Assembly: GCA_938023735.1 (NCBI GenBank)
Contig: CALJDK010000041.1
Location: 53-64,052 of the forward strand
DNA from: an uncultured Acidimicrobiales bacterium
GTDB taxonomy: Bacteria > Actinomycetota > Acidimicrobiia > Acidimicrobiales > SHLQ01
Length of the DNA stretch: 64,000 nucleotides
Reading direction: 5' to 3'
Below the pieces are notes generated by a model. The model had not been told where the DNA came from. It searched no databases and saw only the letters and a list, made by a program, of their open reading frames with translations. The translations under genes and the position numbers were made by a program. This document shows, piece by piece, positions 59,206 to 64,000 of the stretch (position 1 is the stretch's first letter; every line of letters begins with the position of its first letter).

Positions 59206-61977
59206 CTACTTTTCGAGGAGTTCGGTCAGGAATTCGTCGGGGCTGCTGAAGAGTACTTCTTTGTCGCAGCCGTTTTCTGTCTCGTCGGCTGCGTGGTTGG
59301 GGCTGGTCGAGAACGGGGCGGAGTCATATCCGATATCGGGTGCGAGGAACGGCGTCGTGTACACATCGACGTGGGTTTCGCCCGAGCACGTGACTTCCTC
59401 GATGCGGCGGGCTCTGGCCAGCACGTCCCTTGGAATCGGCAAGTTTCGCAGCCCCTGGTCGAACGCTCGGAGACCAGGTTCGAGACTGCGGGCCTGCTTT
59501 ACCACCAGCCGACTCGGCTCGACGCGGCCTTCCTGCTGCGGCCAGCCCTCGGCCATCACCTTGAACTCGTAATCGAGGGTGACGGTACTGACCTGCTCAT
59601 CGGCAGCGAGCGACGCGTTGATTCGTGAGAGCCAAAGCTCGGCCACCGACTCGAGCTGAGCGTGAAGTTCGGTGACCTGGTCGTCGGTAAGGACATCGAC
59701 CCCGGGCGACAGCGTTGACTCGGCGACGCGCGTAATGGTTGGCGCCCCGGCCTCTACCCGCATTTCGATGACCTCAGGGAGTTCAACCTCGTCGGGATCG
59801 GGGTTGGTCACACTCACGGCGCCCTTCTGCACGTTGATGATCGCTACCGACGCCGCGGCATCGGGCCCGCTCGAAGGGTTGATTCGAAACGTGGCAACGC
59901 CGTTGGCCAGCTCGAGATCGTCGTCGAACCTGGCGTGCACCAGGACGGCCATTGCACCACTGGTGTGGTCTACCTGTTCGCGCCGACGTTCTTCGTAGGC
60001 CTCAAAACCCCAATACGACGCCCACGTCTTCTTTATCGAGCGCTCGATGGTCTTCTTCTGATCGTCGCTTTCTTGGGCGTCGGCATCGAGAAACCCGGTG
60101 TTCGAGTCGTACAGGCCGGCGCCGCTGAAGCCTTCGATGTCCTCAACCGAACTCGACGATCGAAACCGAAGCCCCTGGCCGACCCCATAGGCGCCGTACG
60201 TCTCTTCGAGCGACGCCGTGATATCGGCGAGTGTTTGGGCGTTCATCGATGCATCGCGTAGGTAGTCGCCGAACCCGCCAGCGGCAACCACCTCGGCGAG
60301 CACCGGATCGTTGCCGTCGAAGAATTGGTCGGCGTAGCGCTGATCGGGTTCGTCGGGGTAGGCCTCGTCGAATGTGTCGCGACCCTCAAGCAGTAATACC
60401 CGCAGCCGCGTGTTGGCCGAGCTATCGAACCCGTCGAGTCCAAGCATGGCGTCGAGGGCTGGACGAACCTGATCGAGATGCTCCTCGTACACCGGCGTGG
60501 TAATCACCATCGGCTCGGGAGGTGCGGTGACGCCATCGGCTGCCAGCAGCGACAGGAATCCAGCGGCTTTGCCGCCAATCACCGGCAGCAGCGCATCGAT
60601 ATCGGCTTGGTCGTCGATGGTCTCGGCCAGGGTTGTGAGATCGAGCACCCCTTTCGGTGCGCCCGACGGAAGCGGCGGAACGCTTATGGGATTTTGGCCG
60701 AGAAGATTCAGCCATGCCCGGTAGTCCTCGAGCCGGATGACGGTGATCTCGAGATCGCCATCGGCCGTGGTTCGCACCACCACCGGAGCTCGGGCTGCTG
60801 CGTGGCGGCGGATACTGGCGTCGTCGAGCAGACCGGACCGAGAGGCGTTGGGGATGCCACGATTTCGGGCGAGCAGGTTGACATGAGCCAGCGGAGTCTG
60901 TGGATCCGAGGTGATGATGGCATTGGCGGGCGGTAGGAAATCGGGAACCCGCTCCATAACGATGATGTCGGTGTCGCGGGCGTCCGACAGTTTCTCGCCG
61001 TCCGCCTCGACCAGCAGCAGCCGGCCGGCGGCGATCCCTTCGTTGTACACCTCGACCTCGCCGGGCGGGACGATGTCGGACCACCGCACGACCCGGTCGG
61101 CGTAGGCAAAGTCGTTGGCCGTCATCTCAACCGCCACATCGTCCTGCTCGGCCGAACGAATGATCCACTCGAGTTGTGACCCGATCTGGTCGGGCAGTGT
61201 CGCAATGACCGAGTCGAAGTAATGGGCTATCTCTTCGGGGGTTACCCGGTCAGTGAACTGCAGTTCCATCAGCCACCTTGCGCCGCTGATGGCGGACGGT
61301 TGGGTCCGGATAATCGAACCCATTCCAACGCTACGGCTTGTGTAGTTGCCGTAAACGTCGCGATCACTGTTGTACTGCAAAGCCTGGGCGTAGAACTCGC
61401 CCACATACAGGCGCTCGCCGGGGCGGTCGGCTGGCGTCCAGCGCAGATCGCCGGGGAGGTCATCGGTCTCCACCCCGGCGAAGTGCTCATAGATCTCTTC
61501 GACCGAAGCGAATTGGCCTTCATCGAGCGGCTCCGAGGGGAAGCCTGGAACCGGTTCGTTGTTGACCAACCGAAAGAACACCCATTCGTCGTGCAGCTTG
61601 AAGAAGTTGCTGTCGAGCCAATAGACATCACCGGCCAGTTCGGGGTCATTGCCGAGAAGGTCGGGAATGACAAACTTGAGAACGCTTTGGCCCGATGGAC
61701 CGTCGGCGGCCAGTGCGTCGAAGTCATCGAGGCTTCGAATTTCTCGCACCGCGTGGTCGTCGAAGCCGCCCGGTTCTCCGGTTACCGGTGGATCGGCCGC
61801 AGGGTCAGACGTATCGGGCAGCGTGGTGCCGGCACCATCGGTGGTTGCTGGTGGCTCCCGGGCTGCCGTCGTCGACACCACATCGGTGGTTGCGGGGGCG
61901 GGAACGGTTGCGCTGCTCGAGCAGCTGGCCGCAAGCAGCGACAGCGCGATGATTACGGCTGCTGGCCATCGTCCCAC
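59206..61977 (-). CDS. putative lipoprotein with C-terminal PEP/pyruvate-binding (PPDK_N, ATP-grasp-like) domain
   Basis: The N-terminus MGRWPAAVIIALSLLAASCSS is lipobox-like. The C-terminal half has IGGKAAGFLSL, RFRSSSSVEDIEGFSGAGLYDS, KKTWASYW and MAVLVHARF...ANGVATF, matching the PPDK_N pattern. I saw no phosphohistidine swivel domain. Confidence 0.7.
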   Translation of the reverse strand: MGRWPAAVIIALSLLAASCSSSATVPAPATTDVVSTTAAREPPATTDGAGTTLPDTSDPAADPPVTGEPGGFDDHAVREIRSLDDFDALAADGPSGQSVLKFVIPDLLGNDPELAGDVYWLDSNFFKLHDEWVFFRLVNNEPVPGFPSEPLDEGQFASVEEIYEHFAGVETDDLPGDLRWTPADRPGERLYVGEFYAQALQYNSDRDVYGNYTSRSVGMGSIIRTQPSAISGARWLMELQFTDRVTPEEIAHYFDSVIATLPDQIGSQLEWIIRSAEQDDVAVEMTANDFAYADRVVRWSDIVPPGEVEVYNEGIAAGRLLLVEADGEKLSDARDTDIIVMERVPDFLPPANAIITSDPQTPLAHVNLLARNRGIPNASRSGLLDDASIRRHAAARAPVVVRTTADGDLEITVIRLEDYRAWLNLLGQNPISVPPLPSGAPKGVLDLTTLAETIDDQADIDALLPVIGGKAAGFLSLLAADGVTAPPEPMVITTPVYEEHLDQVRPALDAMLGLDGFDSSANTRLRVLLLEGRDTFDEAYPDEPDQRYADQFFDGNDPVLAEVVAAGGFGDYLRDASMNAQTLADITASLEETYGAYGVGQGLRFRSSSSVEDIEGFSGAGLYDSNTGFLDADAQESDDQKKTIERSIKKTWASYWGFEAYEERRREQVDHTSGAMAVLVHARFDDDLELANGVATFRINPSSGPDAAASVAIINVQKGAVSVTNPDPDEVELPEVIEMRVEAGAPTITRVAESTLSPGVDVLTDDQVTELHAQLESVAELWLSRINASLAADEQVSTVTLDYEFKVMAEGWPQQEGRVEPSRLVVKQARSLEPGLRAFDQGLRNLPIPRDVLARARRIEEVTCSGETHVDVYTTPFLAPDIGYDSAPFSTSPNHAADETENGCDKEVLFSSPDEFLTELLEK

Positions 61978-62046
61978 AGCTCAAAGTGTACGGCGTCGAC
62001 TACGTCACCGATGGGCAGCACCACAACGTTGGTTGGACAAGATGCC

Positions 62047-62385
62047 CTACGGCGTCCACATCGGCACGTGGCCCGAGCGCTCGATCTCGCGGTCGGCGCA
62101 GGGGCGACAATGCTCGCCTGCCTCGCACCGCGAGTACTTGATGGTTGCATAGATGAGCCCGATGACGGCTACCACCACACCGGCGATAATGACGTAGTTG
62201 TACCAGGTGTCGAATCGATCAGCCCAGAGCTCGTAGTCGAAGAGCCGTTGCTCGGGTTCAGAATCGCCGTCGGCCAGCCAACGCATTCCCTTTCGAAGCG
62301 GCCAACCCAAAACAAAGCCGCTCACCAACAGCGCAAACCAGTCGCTGCGAAAGTGCTTAAGCCAAGCCCGAAACGTTCGCCACAT
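62047..62385 (-). CDS. small two-TM membrane protein with C-terminal Cys cluster
   Basis: Starts MWRTFRAWLKHF, has two hydrophobic helices and ends with a C-terminal CEAGEHCRPC cluster. The longest ORF starts at 62439. Confidence 0.4.
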   Translation of the reverse strand: MWRTFRAWLKHFRSDWFALLVSGFVLGWPLRKGMRWLADGDSEPEQRLFDYELWADRFDTWYNYVIIAGVVVAVIGLIYATIKYSRCEAGEHCRPCADREIERSGHVPMWTP

Positions 62386-62486
62386 GGAAACATCTTTGCA
62401 GATCACGAAGCGACAATGAAACAGGAGGGCGACCGACAATGAAACAGGGAAGAAACCCCCCAGTGTGAGGGTTCCACTCTCTAGCC

Positions 62487-63254
62487 ATGATCGATCCCGA
62501 CACCATCAATCTTGCAAGTTTCGCCCTAGCCTTCGGCGGCGGACTCATCAGTTTTGCGAGCCCGTGTGTCCTCCCGGTGGTACCGGGTTATCTTTCGGTG
62601 GTGACCGGTCTCGACATCACCGAGCTCGAGCAGTCACGGCGATCGAACCTGTTTCCGGTGATCCGCGATACCGGTCTGTTCGTTGTGGGTTTTGGCGCCG
62701 TCTTTACGTTGCTTGGCGTGTCGGCGTCCACCGTTGGTTCGGTGGTTTTCGATAACCAACTTCTCCTGGCGCGAATCTCGGGGGCGCTGGTGCTGGCGAT
62801 GGCGCTCTTTATGCTCGGTTCGCTGTTTCTGAAGGCGCCCTGGCTGTACCAGGAGAAGCGCTTTCATCCGGCTCTTGGCAAGTACGGGCGGGCTGCTCCC
62901 ACGGTGGCCGGGGTGGCGTTTGGCTTCGGATGGACACCGTGTATCGGCCCGGTACTCACCTCGATTCTGGCGATTGCCGCTACCGCCGATCGCCCCGTCA
63001 CCGGCGCTGCGCTTCTGGCCACCTATTCACTTGGGCTTGGTATTCCGTTTCTCCTCACCGGCCTTCTTCTCGGCCGCCTCAGCCGCACCATTGGCTGGGT
63101 CAAGTCCCATATGCCGACCCTTGTGCTCGTCTCGTCGCTCGTGCTGGCTGCACTCGGCCTGCTGCTTCTCTTCGACCGGTTGCTCTGGGTTACCACCCAG
63201 CTGCAGTCGCTGATGGAGGCGATGGGGCTCGGCGACCTCGTCGAACTCGGCTAA
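62487..63254 (+). CDS. ccdA: cytochrome c biogenesis protein CcdA (DsbD-type thiol-disulfide transporter)
   Basis: FGGGLISFASPCVLPVVPGYLS and the second conserved Cys in GWTPCIGPVL. Six TM helices. Confidence 0.88.
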   Translation: MIDPDTINLASFALAFGGGLISFASPCVLPVVPGYLSVVTGLDITELEQSRRSNLFPVIRDTGLFVVGFGAVFTLLGVSASTVGSVVFDNQLLLARISGALVLAMALFMLGSLFLKAPWLYQEKRFHPALGKYGRAAPTVAGVAFGFGWTPCIGPVLTSILAIAATADRPVTGAALLATYSLGLGIPFLLTGLLLGRLSRTIGWVKSHMPTLVLVSSLVLAALGLLLLFDRLLWVTTQLQSLMEAMGLGDLVELG

Positions 63255-63317
63255 CACAAGACCACATCACCCAAACCACATCACCCAGAACTCACGATTT
63301 AGAGGTAGTGAACGCTC

Positions 63318-64000
63318 ATGGCAAACAAAAAGAAGAAAAAGAAGTCCAACAAGCCCCAGCCCAACAAGACCCAGGCCAAGAAAAACAGCCAGAAGCAGAA
63401 CCAGGAGGCGAAGGCGGCTGCGGCGATGGAAGCCGAGCTGGCCGAGATTCAAGAGTCCAATAAGCCCAAGAAGGGGTATACGCCCCCGAAGGGCAAGGCC
63501 ACGCCCAGCCGCAGTGCCCAGAACACGTCAACAGGGCGCAAGGGTTTGTCTCCCGCGGTACTGATCGGCGGCGGCGTTGCGGCGCTGGTTGGACTGGTAC
63601 TCCTGATCACCACCTTTACCGGCGCCGACGACAGCGGTGTCGTAGAGGTTGGCGCCTGGGATCTTCCCGTCCTCGAAGGCGATGATCCCGACGGAGACGG
63701 GCGCGCCACACTCGAGGAGTTTGCCGGCAAACCTCTGGTCGTCAACTTCTTCGCGTCGTGGTGCACCAACTGCGAGAGCGAGCTACCGAGATTCGTTCGG
63801 GCGCAGGATGACTACGGCGACGACGTCACTATCGTCTACGTCAACAGCAGCGAGACCGGAAACTGGAAGCGGATGGCCGATCGCACCGGCATTCGCGACC
63901 GCCTGATTCTTCGCGACATCAAGCGACGTGGCAGCGGCTTTGCCCGTGAGCTCGGCGGCACCGGCGCCATGCCGCTTACCGCCTACTTCGACGCCAACTC
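63318..64000 (+). CDS. TlpA/ResA-like membrane-anchored thioredoxin (partial, runs off window end)
   Basis: This ORF is not in the supplied track because it has no stop codon in the window. My own translation is MANKKKKKKSNKPQ..., followed by the TM helix VLIGGGVAALVGLVLLITTF, and then KPLVVNFFASWCTNCESELP (WCxxC thioredoxin motif). Confidence 0.75.
   Translation, partial: MANKKKKKKSNKPQPNKTQAKKNSQKQNQEAKAAAAMEAELAEIQESNKPKKGYTPPKGKATPSRSAQNTSTGRKGLSPAVLIGGGVAALVGLVLLITTFTGADDSGVVEVGAWDLPVLEGDDPDGDGRATLEEFAGKPLVVNFFASWCTNCESELPRFVRAQDDYGDDVTIVYVNSSETGNWKRMADRTGIRDRLILRDIKRRGSGFARELGGTGAMPLTAYFDAN

Noticed and set aside
61222-62442. 406-aa plus-strand ORF
   Set aside because: It is antisense to the PPDK_N lipoprotein gene and the small membrane protein gene, and its composition is Arg/Gly-rich.
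1-64000. Mobile elements, prophage or defence islands
   Set aside because: I recognised no integrase, transposase, recombinase, restriction-modification, toxin-antitoxin or phage structural genes. I also saw no flanking tRNA and no sharp large-scale composition shift.

Overview
High-GC (about 63-66%) chromosomal window, gene-dense on both strands. The content looks like Actinomycetota: an LAxTG sortase-E type sorting signal, a DUF4012 protein, an ArfA-like BON-OmpA protein, and ATGA/TTGA overlapping starts.

I support about 50 protein genes:
- Housekeeping: valS, dus, maf, ltaE, ccdA and a tlpA/resA-like gene.
- A molybdate uptake operon: an HTH-TOBE regulator followed by modABC.
- A molybdopterin oxidoreductase translationally coupled to a CbbX-type AAA+ ATPase.
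- A large set of acyl-CoA genes: an acyl-CoA dehydrogenase, 2 AMP-ligases, 2 family-III CoA-transferases, a YhdH/AcuI reductase, a crotonase, an SCP-x type thiolase and an HMG-CoA-synthase-like::DUF35 fusion.
- Two surface-polysaccharide modules: Wzz-like plus O-antigen-ligase-like, and DUF4012 plus a priming sugar transferase plus a BY-kinase.
- Several secreted or envelope proteins.

I found no rRNA, tRNA, CRISPR array, transposase or integrase by eye.

The most unusual locus is 33.7-37.9 kb. A BON-OmpA protein is followed by a 769-aa protein with three parts: an N-terminal TM helix, about 35 tandem 14-residue (42-bp) heptad-compatible repeats, and two C-terminal helix-hairpin-helix modules. 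I could not place this protein in a characterised family.

Other notable items:
- A trypsin-fold protein that lacks the catalytic His and Ser and is fused to RTX repeats.
- A Cys-less HMGCS-like::DUF35 fusion next to a thiolase.
- A palindromic element present in two copies, one lying in-frame inside maf.
- A lipoprotein-signal protein carrying a PPDK_N ATP-grasp domain.
- A secreted protein with 22 perfect PPATQ repeats.
- A membrane-anchored ECF-like sigma factor.

All domain calls come from by-eye motif recognition on the supplied translations. No database search was run.
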